From a virus, in IMG/VR virus record IMGVR_UViG_3300047564_003843, positions 96,705 through 160,704 of that record: 64,000 bases of DNA; one strand, written 5' to 3'. Shown one piece after another: positions 55,690 to 63,251 of the stretch (positions are counted from its first letter, which is position 1; each line of letters opens with the position of its first letter). The translations under genes were made by a program, and so were the position numbers. The notes below the pieces were generated by a model. That model was given only the letters and a program-made list of their open reading frames with translations. It did no database searches and had not been told where the DNA came from.

Positions 55690-57032
55690 TACTTGTTCTT
55701 CCTTTTCGGCAGAAGGTCTGAATCCATGCTGTCGTATGTCATTACTGCAAGAACTGCTGCTCGCTTAAATGGGTTTTCATTGTTGCGAACTGCACGAAGC
55801 CAAGCAGCACGGAAAGCTGGCTCTGCTTCGTAGCCAAGTCCAGAATATTCTGTCATGGCAAAAATTGCGTACTCTGGAGTTTCGTACTCTTCTTCAGACT
55901 TCAACTCCACGGTTAGGTCTGCTTCTGCCTCTGCAGATGCAAGAAGAAGTTCTAGGTCTTCTTCATCACGAACTGGAACCTGCGAAACATCTACAACGCC
56001 TTCTGGAATTACAGCAAAACGGCACTTACCATCATCTTCAATTGGAAGAGAAATAATTCGACATACATCTCCTGCTTGGTAGAAGACGCAGTTGGAGCAC
56101 TTAACGCCGATATCTTTTACTTCGTTCTCAGAAGCAGGTGTGTAGCCAGCCCAAACTCCATCACCGTCTTGGTCAAACTTGCCATATTTCTCTGTGATTG
56201 AAACAAGAGCGTCTGCTAGTGCCTGCTCTTCAGGAATCAACGCAGAAGCTGTAATTGCTTTTGAAGATGCGTTCTTTTTTGAAGACTTAGGGTGTGATGC
56301 TGGTAGAAGGTCATTATCTGCTTTGTACGCAGAGTTCTTTGGCTTACCAGACTTAAGTAGACGAAGGAAAGCGTTAACGCGACCCATAGCCCACTGGTTA
56401 CGAGTCATCCCAGGTCGATGAGATACTGAATAGGCTCCTGCACCACGGCGGTAGACCGCCTTGAGCGTTGAGACGGAAGTCTTGCGACCCTTAGGTGCCT
56501 TCTCGTTGTGCTCCTGTGCCTTCTTTCGAAGAGAAGCTTCAATCGCAGGAGTAAAAGTGATTTTCTTACCGCCTGCAGCTGAGCCCTTTGTATTTTTGTC
56601 AGAGCCTTTGACGCGATCTTTTTTAGGGGCAGGGGTTTGTGCAATCTTCTTTTTAGCAGCAGCTGTCACAGGACCACCTGCAACCCAAGCGCGACATGTA
56701 CGTGCAGATGCACATTTGAAATCAAACGCTTCGCAATATCCTAGTTCACCAGCTGCATCAATTGAATCGAACTCATCTGAGTTGTCGGTCAAACCGCTTT
56801 CAATGCATGAAAGCATCTCTGGTGTTTTAATAAAGACAGCGCAATTGCCACAAGTCTGCTTTTTAGCAGTTTCTGCATCTACGCCCCACTCGCTTCCAAG
56901 TGCAGTCCAATACTCTTCGTTTGGCTCTGCAGGATTGAGTGGTCCATACATTGCAGTGTCAATCGCGTTCTTGCGATTTTTTAGATTCAAAGCAACATCT
57001 TGAGTTGCTGGAGGGCAAGTCTCTTCAGCCAT
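55689..57032 (-). CDS. Modular head-associated protein with two 4-Cys domains and a DLLPxSHP domain
   Basis: CGNC...C...C...C; CSNC...C...C; AVYRRGAGAY...WAMGRVNAF...DLLPASHP; coupled to the portal (TAAATG) and to the giant ORF (TAATG). Confidence 0.7.
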   Translation of the reverse strand: MAEETCPPATQDVALNLKNRKNAIDTAMYGPLNPAEPNEEYWTALGSEWGVDAETAKKQTCGNCAVFIKTPEMLSCIESGLTDNSDEFDSIDAAGELGYCEAFDFKCASARTCRAWVAGGPVTAAAKKKIAQTPAPKKDRVKGSDKNTKGSAAGGKKITFTPAIEASLRKKAQEHNEKAPKGRKTSVSTLKAVYRRGAGAYSVSHRPGMTRNQWAMGRVNAFLRLLKSGKPKNSAYKADNDLLPASHPKSSKKNASSKAITASALIPEEQALADALVSITEKYGKFDQDGDGVWAGYTPASENEVKDIGVKCSNCVFYQAGDVCRIISLPIEDDGKCRFAVIPEGVVDVSQVPVRDEEDLELLLASAEAEADLTVELKSEEEYETPEYAIFAMTEYSGLGYEAEPAFRAAWLRAVRNNENPFKRAAVLAVMTYDSMDSDLLPKRKNK

Positions 57033-58802
57033 TTACTGCTGAGCCTCCTCAGTTGGTGCAGGTGTTGCTGGTTCCTCGGTTGGAGTCTCTGCTGGAGCTT
57101 CGCCAATTGCACCGTCAAGAAGAGTTTGCAACTCTGGTGACATTGGAGCAACAGAACTTTCTTGGCTTACTTGCTGAACTGCTTGCATCACATCTGGTGC
57201 AACAGCTTTAAGCATTGCCTCTGTAAGTTCTGGTGTGATTGCGCCACGCTCTTGTAGAAGTCGTAGAGCAACTTCTGTTGGAGTAGGAGCATCTTGGTCT
57301 GAGAAGCCGTGAGCACGACGCCATGTGTCAGCAGAAACTGCCATGCGGTCGTAACCTGCATCTGCATCTGCAGCACGGTCGTTACGTGTTGAGACTGCTG
57401 ATGGGTCGTACCAAACAACAATTCTATTTACTTCAGACTCGGTGAAACCATTTGCCATTAGATATGGGCGTAGGTAGACAACTGTAAGAGCGTCTGAGAT
57501 GAGAAGCATCAATGGTTCGATGTGTGCCTTGTACAGAGACTCGTCGATTTGCATCGCGTTGGAGTACTTAACATTTGCAAGACCTGTGACGATGTCCTTT
57601 GGAACATCAAGACCTTGAAGAATGCGCTCTAGTACACGGTCTGAACGCTCAGCAAGTGCTGGGTCGAAAGAACGCTCAAACTTAAATTGCTTGATGCGGT
57701 CACCAAGTTCTGCAGGACCGCGAATGATAAGAGGAACAACAGCGCTCGCAGATTCTTCATCACGAATCGGAGTTGTCATCGCATCGATGAGTTGCTCTTC
57801 AAATTCGTCTTCTGCTTCTTCTGCAGTAAAGCCCGCTCCCATTCCGTCTTCAGAATCGTATGGATAGTTAGGGTCTGCTTGTGCAGCAACAGAAAGTCCG
57901 TCTGGAAGATAAAGTGCTCCTGCGTTGAGGCGAGAGCGTGCAGTTGCACGGAATGTTCTGTTGAGGAGAAGTAGTTCTGCGCAAAGATCTAGAAGACCGC
58001 GTAGAGAAGAATCTGCTTCATCAGAGAAACGTGGATGTGAACGCCAGATACGTCCTACAAAGGAACCTTTATTAAGTTTGTTAACTCCCATTGATGCACC
58101 GCCACCTTGACCTGCACCCTGCTCACGGCGACCAATAACATTAAATCCACCACGTGCATCTGTTACAACTTCGTCAACGGAACGGACGTCCCAAGATTCA
58201 GGAATTCCTGAACCTGGACGAGCTGGCATTTGTACTAGATAACATTCACCAGCAACTGAAAGATTAAGAGCTGCATCTTTAAGAAGACCTGCTTGGCCTC
58301 CATATGCAGAGTTAAGACGGTCAAGAGCACGCTCTGCTGCTGATGCAAGACGTTGGTCAATTACTCGAGACTCGTGTACTGAAACTGGAGCCTGTGATGG
58401 GTCATCAATTGCAGCTGCGTATATACGAATACGTGAGACAACAGATGCAACAAGATTAAATGCGTATTTAATTTCACCAATTGCGTCGTAATACTCCCAA
58501 GCTTCGGCCTGCCATGCAGATGAGGATGCGCTACGACGTTGCTTAAACTGTTCGAACTCGCCTTTGTCATTTACTTTGACTTGAACTGCTGCTGCAGTCA
58601 TAGAACGAGGAGTGTTGTAAGAAAGCGGAGCTGGTGAGTTTGGTGAAGTGAAAACTGAAAGAATGCCAGAAGGCTGAGGAGCTACTGTTCTCTCAATAAT
58701 TTGAGTAGAGCGGTTAGTACGAGTACGGCGACGAGGACGTGGTTTCTTGGTTTCAGAAACAACTGGCTCTTGTACTGGCTCTTCTTTTTTGAATACCGCC
58801 AT
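57033..58802 (-). CDS. Portal protein
   Basis: WQAEAWEYYDAIGEIKY, NLSVAGECY, RIWRSHP, SAVVP, GLDVP.DI.TG, VWYD, typical of actinophage portals. Confidence 0.88.
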   Translation of the reverse strand: MAVFKKEEPVQEPVVSETKKPRPRRRTRTNRSTQIIERTVAPQPSGILSVFTSPNSPAPLSYNTPRSMTAAAVQVKVNDKGEFEQFKQRRSASSSAWQAEAWEYYDAIGEIKYAFNLVASVVSRIRIYAAAIDDPSQAPVSVHESRVIDQRLASAAERALDRLNSAYGGQAGLLKDAALNLSVAGECYLVQMPARPGSGIPESWDVRSVDEVVTDARGGFNVIGRREQGAGQGGGASMGVNKLNKGSFVGRIWRSHPRFSDEADSSLRGLLDLCAELLLLNRTFRATARSRLNAGALYLPDGLSVAAQADPNYPYDSEDGMGAGFTAEEAEDEFEEQLIDAMTTPIRDEESASAVVPLIIRGPAELGDRIKQFKFERSFDPALAERSDRVLERILQGLDVPKDIVTGLANVKYSNAMQIDESLYKAHIEPLMLLISDALTVVYLRPYLMANGFTESEVNRIVVWYDPSAVSTRNDRAADADAGYDRMAVSADTWRRAHGFSDQDAPTPTEVALRLLQERGAITPELTEAMLKAVAPDVMQAVQQVSQESSVAPMSPELQTLLDGAIGEAPAETPTEEPATPAPTEEAQQ

Positions 58803-58834
58803 TGTTAACCCTTCACTTTGTTACGGAGCATGAG

Positions 58835-59119
58835 CTATTTGTCCTCATACGCAGTCAACAGTCCTGCTACGGCTGATAGTGCGAATGGCACTAAAAGGAT
58901 AACAGTTACTGATGTAATGATAAAGCATACGTAGACAAGTGATGCTACCCAAATCGACATACACCACTCGCAAGTGAATAGGTAGCCAATCTTGGAAGAC
59001 TCTGGGGGTAGCTTTTTCCAGACTCTACTCCTTATTGGTTCGGTAATAACGTCTCGCGTTATTAGTCTGGTGATACGAAAGGTTGCAAGGGCGAGTATTA
59101 CAAACTCAAATAATTCCAC
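58835..59119 (-). CDS. DUF1360-like membrane protein
   Basis: GTG at 59119 with SD GGAGG; LATFRITRLITRD.I...CEWCMSIW; hydrophobic helices. Confidence 0.75.
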   Translation of the reverse strand: MELFEFVILALATFRITRLITRDVITEPIRSRVWKKLPPESSKIGYLFTCEWCMSIWVASLVYVCFIITSVTVILLVPFALSAVAGLLTAYEDK

Positions 59120-59477
59120 TTGGGTCCTCCGTAGATGAGACGATGTTTCCAAAAGGGTTCCAACTACGAAGCCGAGACCCACACCCGCAGTTATTGTCCT
59201 TGATAAAAGCCAGCATTTTGCCTGATTCGGTTTTTACCCTGTCTAAGCCCTTCTCATTGAGCATTTCAACAACCCGCTCGCGGAAGACTAGCTGAGGCCC
59301 CTCAGGAGAGTCAACGGCAATCACAATCGTGTCGCCAAGCACCACAACCCTACAACGGTCCAACTTCCTTGTCCCTTGTGGCATATCCCCTTTGACGTTA
59401 GCGAGGCTTAGGTCGGAAAGGGAGCCCGGAGAAATGACTTTTACGATTGCTGGAAAGACATCTAGTTGTTTTCTCAT
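59106..59477 (-). CDS. Hypothetical protein
   Basis: Ends CGCGSRLRSWNP; coupled to its neighbours. Confidence 0.7.
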   Translation of the reverse strand: MRKQLDVFPAIVKVISPGSLSDLSLANVKGDMPQGTRKLDRCRVVVLGDTIVIAVDSPEGPQLVFRERVVEMLNEKGLDRVKTESGKMLAFIKDNNCGCGSRLRSWNPFGNIVSSTEDPSGII

Positions 59478-59800
59478 TATTCCTCTACGTATTCAGTTGG
59501 GATATAGAAGTTGTCCCAGCCCAAGGCTGATTTGGCAATCGGCATTGGGATTATTAGAGGACTTCTTTTGGTGCTCTTAGGTAGAAGGTCAAAAACCTCT
59601 TGCTGTGTGGACACAAATGTGGCAAGGCCCCACTCGCGCCTTTTCTTAAGATAGGCAGTGGGGAAAACGATTGGCATAGTGGAATCGTCGGTAGTCATAG
59701 TCTCAAGGGCTCTACCCCTGCCTTTTTGGTTAGACCACACAACAATGGACAGCTCGGTGGGGGCGTAGGAACCAGTCTTGTTCTTAAAGACGGTGTTCAC
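59477..59800 (-). CDS. Hypothetical protein
   Basis: GTG start, coupled to upstream and downstream ORFs. Confidence 0.6.
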   Translation of the reverse strand: MNTVFKNKTGSYAPTELSIVVWSNQKGRGRALETMTTDDSTMPIVFPTAYLKKRREWGLATFVSTQQEVFDLLPKSTKRSPLIIPMPIAKSALGWDNFYIPTEYVEE

Positions 59801-59958
59801 GAGTCTCTCCGCTCAAGGTAGAAAACAAAGACTCGTTTGCCGATAATTAGGTCAATGGTAAATAAACGTCGGTCATCTCTGTAGATATTAAACCCGAAGA
59901 CGTAGGTGTTGCCCAAGCTGCCACTGTTGTTGTAGCGAGTGAATCTAAGACGGGTCAT
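59797..59958 (-). CDS. 53-aa hypothetical protein (absent from the ORF track)
   Basis: MTRLRFTRYNNSGSLGNTYVFGFNIYRDDRRLFTIDLIIGKRVFVFYLERRDS; ATGA and GTGA overlaps fill the gap exactly. Confidence 0.65.
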   Translation of the reverse strand: MTRLRFTRYNNSGSLGNTYVFGFNIYRDDRRLFTIDLIIGKRVFVFYLERRDS

Positions 59959-60449
59959 TTTGTTATCCTTCGAATCATTGCTCTGTAAGAAACTCCAGCG
60001 GCATCGGCTAATGCTTGTGCAGGAACGCCCATTGTGTAGAGGGTTTTAACCATTGTAGTTAATTGATCGTTAGCAAGGGCTACAGGATGACCCATCGGCG
60101 TTTTTGCTCGGTAGAGTCTTGCTTGTAGAGATAACTGCTTAATCTCGCTTTTTAGATGCTCGGGGACGCCCGGAGAAATCGTTCTAACTCGAGGAGCAGT
60201 CCTTGTCGGAACGCTGGTTGTCAGAGAGCGTGGAGGCGGTGAAGGTACCTGCCTATGTTGCTCCTCAGGGGTGGCTCGCTTGACCCAGAAGTGGATTGTG
60301 GTTTTAGGGCGTTGAGGAACGAGAGAGGACCCGATTGATTGTAGGGACCAGCCAACCTCCCAGAGGGCTCGCATACGGGCCTCAGCTTGTGGGCGTGGCA
60401 AAGATTTGATGAAGGTTACTTCATCTGCAGGCAAGGTTGGGATATCCAC
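59955..60449 (-). CDS. Double helix-turn-helix DNA-binding protein
   Basis: GWSLQSIGSSL...KTTIHFWV and GVPAQALADAAGVSYRAMIRR; leaderless start. Confidence 0.7.
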   Translation of the reverse strand: MDIPTLPADEVTFIKSLPRPQAEARMRALWEVGWSLQSIGSSLVPQRPKTTIHFWVKRATPEEQHRQVPSPPPRSLTTSVPTRTAPRVRTISPGVPEHLKSEIKQLSLQARLYRAKTPMGHPVALANDQLTTMVKTLYTMGVPAQALADAAGVSYRAMIRRITK

Positions 60450-60619
60450 TTACTTAGTGTACAGGCTTTTAGAGGAGCCGTACGGAGCTAAATCTTTGTA
60501 CGGCAGCAGCGTTTTTATGAACCTTAACGTTTTTTTGTTTTGGCCTGTGAGACGGCTCTGCATGCTAGGAGCCTTTCTCCAAATCGTTCCGGGCTTTTTT
60601 TGATGTCGTCGAGCTTTTT

Positions 60620-60920
60620 TCTGTCAATCAAAAAATGTGCTGCTGCTTGTCAATGCATGTTGTTTTTATTCTGCAGGGGGGAGGGGGGGTGTCAAATAAA
60701 GATGTTTTTTATTTTTTGTGCAGGTTGTAAATCTGGAGGTTGTTCTTTTGTTGTCAATGTGTCTAGTCAATGACTAGTTCTTGTCTAAAGTTTCTAGTCA
60801 ATGTCTTGTCAAGGTGGGCTTGATGTCTAATGTCTAGTGCTAGTGGTCAAGACTTGTGCTTAGGTCAATGACTAGACAGGTGGAGGTGGTGGGTCAGGTG
60901 GTGGGTCAGGTGGTGGCTAC
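60620..60920 (+). repeat. GTCAA-rich non-coding repeat cluster (origin or packaging candidate)
   Basis: Nine GTCAA copies between 60623 and 60868; palindrome CTAGTCAATGACTAG; GGTGGTGGGTCA x2; G-run. Confidence 0.6.
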
Positions 60921-61043
60921 TGACGAGTAGCAAATGTTGTGCTGACAGATACAAACAACTTACAAATGTCTGACCTGGTACATGTGTGCCTGGCTAAGTC
61001 TGGCTGGGCTACTGGCTGGGGCTGAGTTATTGTGATGTTGGGA

Positions 61044-61069
61044 TTAGCACTCTAGGCTTAGAGTGCTAA
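61044..61069. promoter_or_regulatory. CIRCE-like inverted repeat (TTAGCACTC-N8-GAGTGCTAA)
   Basis: Both 9-nt arms are identical to the CIRCE consensus; the spacer is 8 nt instead of 9. Confidence 0.65.
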
Positions 61070-61111
61070 AAACTTGTTACCAAACTGTTATCTAATTCAC
61101 TGAGGTTGGGC

Positions 61112-61139
61112 TTGACATTATGCAGGAAGGTGCTAGATT
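61112..61139 (+). promoter_or_regulatory. Sigma70/SigA-type promoter, copy 1
   Basis: TTGACA-16-TAGATT with extended TGn. Confidence 0.75.
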
Positions 61140-61186
61140 AGAGGAGTGGTGAGAGGCTCACCGCATAAATGACGAAAGAGGCAAAG

Positions 61187-61399
61187 ATGAAAACTTATGG
61201 TGTAGCAATCACCGCAGGTGGAACAAAGTATCACTTCCATGTAGACCGTATCAAAGATGTTCGAGAGTTGTTCTCGGGGTCACGGTATGTGACTGACTTT
61301 CAGGTGACTGAAGAGTCCCGCACCAATGACGGGTGTGTCGCTCACAGGGAGATGCCCGCAGAAGAAGTGCAAGACATTATCTGGGGGAGAGCTTCCTAA
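61187..61399 (+). CDS. Small hypothetical protein (probable early gene)
   Basis: ATG at 61187 after GAAAGAGG; TAATG coupling to the next gene. Confidence 0.65.
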   Translation: MKTYGVAITAGGTKYHFHVDRIKDVRELFSGSRYVTDFQVTEESRTNDGCVAHREMPAEEVQDIIWGRAS

Positions 61400-61728
61400 T
61401 GACTACCGCACTAGTTCTCAAGGCAGACGGCACAATGGAAACCCTAGATAAAGTGGGGCTTCAAGAATTACAGACCGCAGTTGGTGGGTGGGTGCAAGCC
61501 GTAGACCTAGCACCAGACTTGACAATGTGGCTCAATGAAGAGGGCAAACTCATAGGGCTACCGCACAACCAAGCCGCACAGAAACTCTGGGATAAGACTT
61601 TCTGGGTGGGTTCAGATTTCGTCGTTGGTGATGTCGTCCTAACGGGTGGCACAGATGATGAGGGTCAGACCCTTGCTCTGGCTACAGACACCGCACAACG
61701 AGTCCGTGAGTTATTAGTTGCCTCCTAA
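61399..61728 (+). CDS. DUF3846-like protein
   Basis: LQELQTAVGGWVQAV...MWLNEEGKLIGLPHN..A...VVGDVVLTG; start moved to 61399. Confidence 0.75.
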   Translation: MTTALVLKADGTMETLDKVGLQELQTAVGGWVQAVDLAPDLTMWLNEEGKLIGLPHNQAAQKLWDKTFWVGSDFVVGDVVLTGGTDDEGQTLALATDTAQRVRELLVAS

Positions 61729-61744
61729 ATAACTCAAACGAAAG

Positions 61745-61775
61745 ACCCTCCCTCCCTTCTTGGGGAGGGTTTTTT
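61745..61775 (+). terminator. Intrinsic terminator
   Basis: ACCCTCCC...GGGAGGGT followed by TTTTT. Confidence 0.75.
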
Positions 61776-61811
61776 GTTACCTAAATGTGATGTAATAAAC
61801 GGCGTGTCTAC

Positions 61812-61839
61812 TTGCAAAAGTGCAGGAAGGTGCTACAGT
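61812..61839 (+). promoter_or_regulatory. Sigma70/SigA-type promoter, copy 2
   Basis: TTGCAA-16-TACAGT; shares TGCAGGAAGGTGCTA with copy 1. Confidence 0.7.
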
Positions 61840-61874
61840 TATCCGTATAGAGGCAAACGACGAAAGGAAAACAA

Positions 61875-62108
61875 ATGTCAGGCTACTACCCAGCAGGTGT
61901 TACAGGAAACGAATACCAAATCGCAGGGGCTCAGAGGGAGTGGAGTGATGTCCGTGCAGAGGCTTGCTACAACGAAGAGTGTAAGATGTTCGAGGTTGAA
62001 GATGTCGAGGCAGATGTAGACATTGAGTTGTATCACGACATGGAGTATTACGAGTGGGCTTGTCCAACTTGTGGGGCAACCCGCGACATTGAAAGAAATG
62101 TCGAATAG
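61875..62108 (+). CDS. Small acidic Zn-ribbon-like protein
   Basis: SD AAAGGA; CYNEEC...CPTCG. Confidence 0.7.
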   Translation: MSGYYPAGVTGNEYQIAGAQREWSDVRAEACYNEECKMFEVEDVEADVDIELYHDMEYYEWACPTCGATRDIERNVE

Positions 62109-62113
62109 AACCT

Positions 62114-62150
62114 AAAAAAGAGAACCCCGCTTCGGCGGGGTTTTTCTTTT
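62114..62150. terminator. Bidirectional intrinsic terminator between convergent genes
   Basis: A-tract, AACCCCGC-TTCG-GCGGGGTT, T-tract. Confidence 0.85.
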
Positions 62151-62213
62151 GCTATGGGAGTAGAGGGCCTGGGAGGGTAAAAATTCCGATCACCAGGCCC
62201 TCCAACATCTGAA

Positions 62214-62483
62214 TTACTTTGCTTTCTTAGATGTTTTTGCTTCAGCCTCAACGAAGATGTCATTAATTTCATCTTCAGTGAGCTTGCCATCGGTAAGGTA
62301 TGCGCGACTCAGGGCTTCAACCACTGTTGCTACACCACCAATACCTGCCATCAAGACTGCTTGCCATAGTTCGACACCAGCAATAGCACCAGCACCAATC
62401 ACAGACAACCCAGATGCAGAGAACACCGCAAGGATTCTTTTCATAATCCCAGAGGTTTTCTTACTCATTTTGTATGCTGACAT
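62214..62483 (-). CDS. Holin-like small membrane protein (start uncertain)
   Basis: Two hydrophobic segments, DGKLTEDEI motif and basic C-terminus; adjacent to cell-wall enzyme genes. Confidence 0.5.
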   Translation of the reverse strand: MSAYKMSKKTSGIMKRILAVFSASGLSVIGAGAIAGVELWQAVLMAGIGGVATVVEALSRAYLTDGKLTEDEINDIFVEAEAKTSKKAK

Positions 62484-62585
62484 GAGAACCGCCCTTCCAT
62501 AGTCCGTACCCATGCGTTGGCGTTAAAACACCAACGCCCAGCACTCCGATTTTCTCAGAGATACTGGGCGTTGATACTTGTAAAA

Positions 62586-63242
62586 CTATGGAAGAACTTG
62601 AACTGATGTGCCTACAAACAAGGACTTGATGACGTCCTCGGCGTAAATACTATCTGCTTCGATTCCATTATCTTTCTTGTAGTCTTCTAGGGCTTCAACA
62701 GTTCCCGTACTTACCCAGCCTGGCTTGTCATCACCAGCAGTGATGTAGCCATGCTCCATCAAACGAGCCTGAAGTACACGAACGGAGTTGCTGTTCTGCT
62801 CAGTGTTTGACTGAAATACGAGTTTAGAAAGAAGAACAACAGATCCTTCTTCGATTTCCGTTGGGATCACAGCTGATGTGCTGGATTTTTTACCCTTGTT
62901 TCTCTTTGCAGGTGCAGCTGGAGCTGCTTCTACAACTGGAGCTGCTTCTTCAACAGCTGCTGCCATCACTACTGGAATAGTTTCTGGCTCTACCGCAACA
63001 GCAACAGGCTCCGCAGGGCGTTCCCATTTGGTTGCGTCTTGAACAAATCCATCTCCATCGCCATCTTTGGCATCTGGATTGAACCCATCAACGGGACGCT
63101 CCCACTCGGTACCATCTTGCACGAACCCATCACCATCACCATCGGTTGCATCTGGGTTGAAACCTTGTGGGACATTGACGCCACCCTGGTCCAAAATGTC
63201 AGGGTGATGAGTGCCCTCGTTTAGGTTTTTCTCATCGCTCAT
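62586..63242 (-). CDS. Protein with DxDGDG repeats and C-terminal peptidoglycan-binding-like domain
   Basis: GFNPDAxDGDGDGFVQD..WERP x2; VRVLQARLMEHGY...G...TVEALEDYK..NGI. Confidence 0.65.
   Translation of the reverse strand: MSDEKNLNEGTHHPDILDQGGVNVPQGFNPDATDGDGDGFVQDGTEWERPVDGFNPDAKDGDGDGFVQDATKWERPAEPVAVAVEPETIPVVMAAAVEEAAPVVEAAPAAPAKRNKGKKSSTSAVIPTEIEEGSVVLLSKLVFQSNTEQNSNSVRVLQARLMEHGYITAGDDKPGWVSTGTVEALEDYKKDNGIEADSIYAEDVIKSLFVGTSVQVLP
63015..63164 (-). repeat. Two 26-aa (78-nt) tandem repeats with Ca-binding-like DxDGDG loops
   Basis: Direct comparison of the translated repeats. Confidence 0.75.
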
Positions 63243-63251
63243 GGTTATCCT

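Noticed and set aside
29933-57974. Many + strand ORFs opposite the tape measure, capsid, giant and portal genes
   Set aside because: Antisense mirrors of long biased coding sequence, with no recognisable motifs.
60406-60773. ORFs 60406..60603 and 60540..60773
   Set aside because: Low-complexity translations of T- and G-runs with no RBS; the region reads as non-coding.
60620-60920. CRISPR array or mini-array, considered given the Cas4-like gene in the window
   Set aside because: Repeats are 5-15 nt with irregular spacing; the Cas4-like gene sits in a normal exonuclease-Sak4-SSB recombination module.
62163-62202. Hairpin GAGGGCCTGG...CCAGGCCCTC as a novel RNA
   Set aside because: Adequately explained as a 3' stabilising or terminating stem after the holin-like gene, next to the bidirectional terminator.
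61774-62290. ORFs 61774..62019 (+) and 62048..62290 (-)
   Set aside because: They overlap a promoter, terminators and better-supported genes, and lack an RBS.
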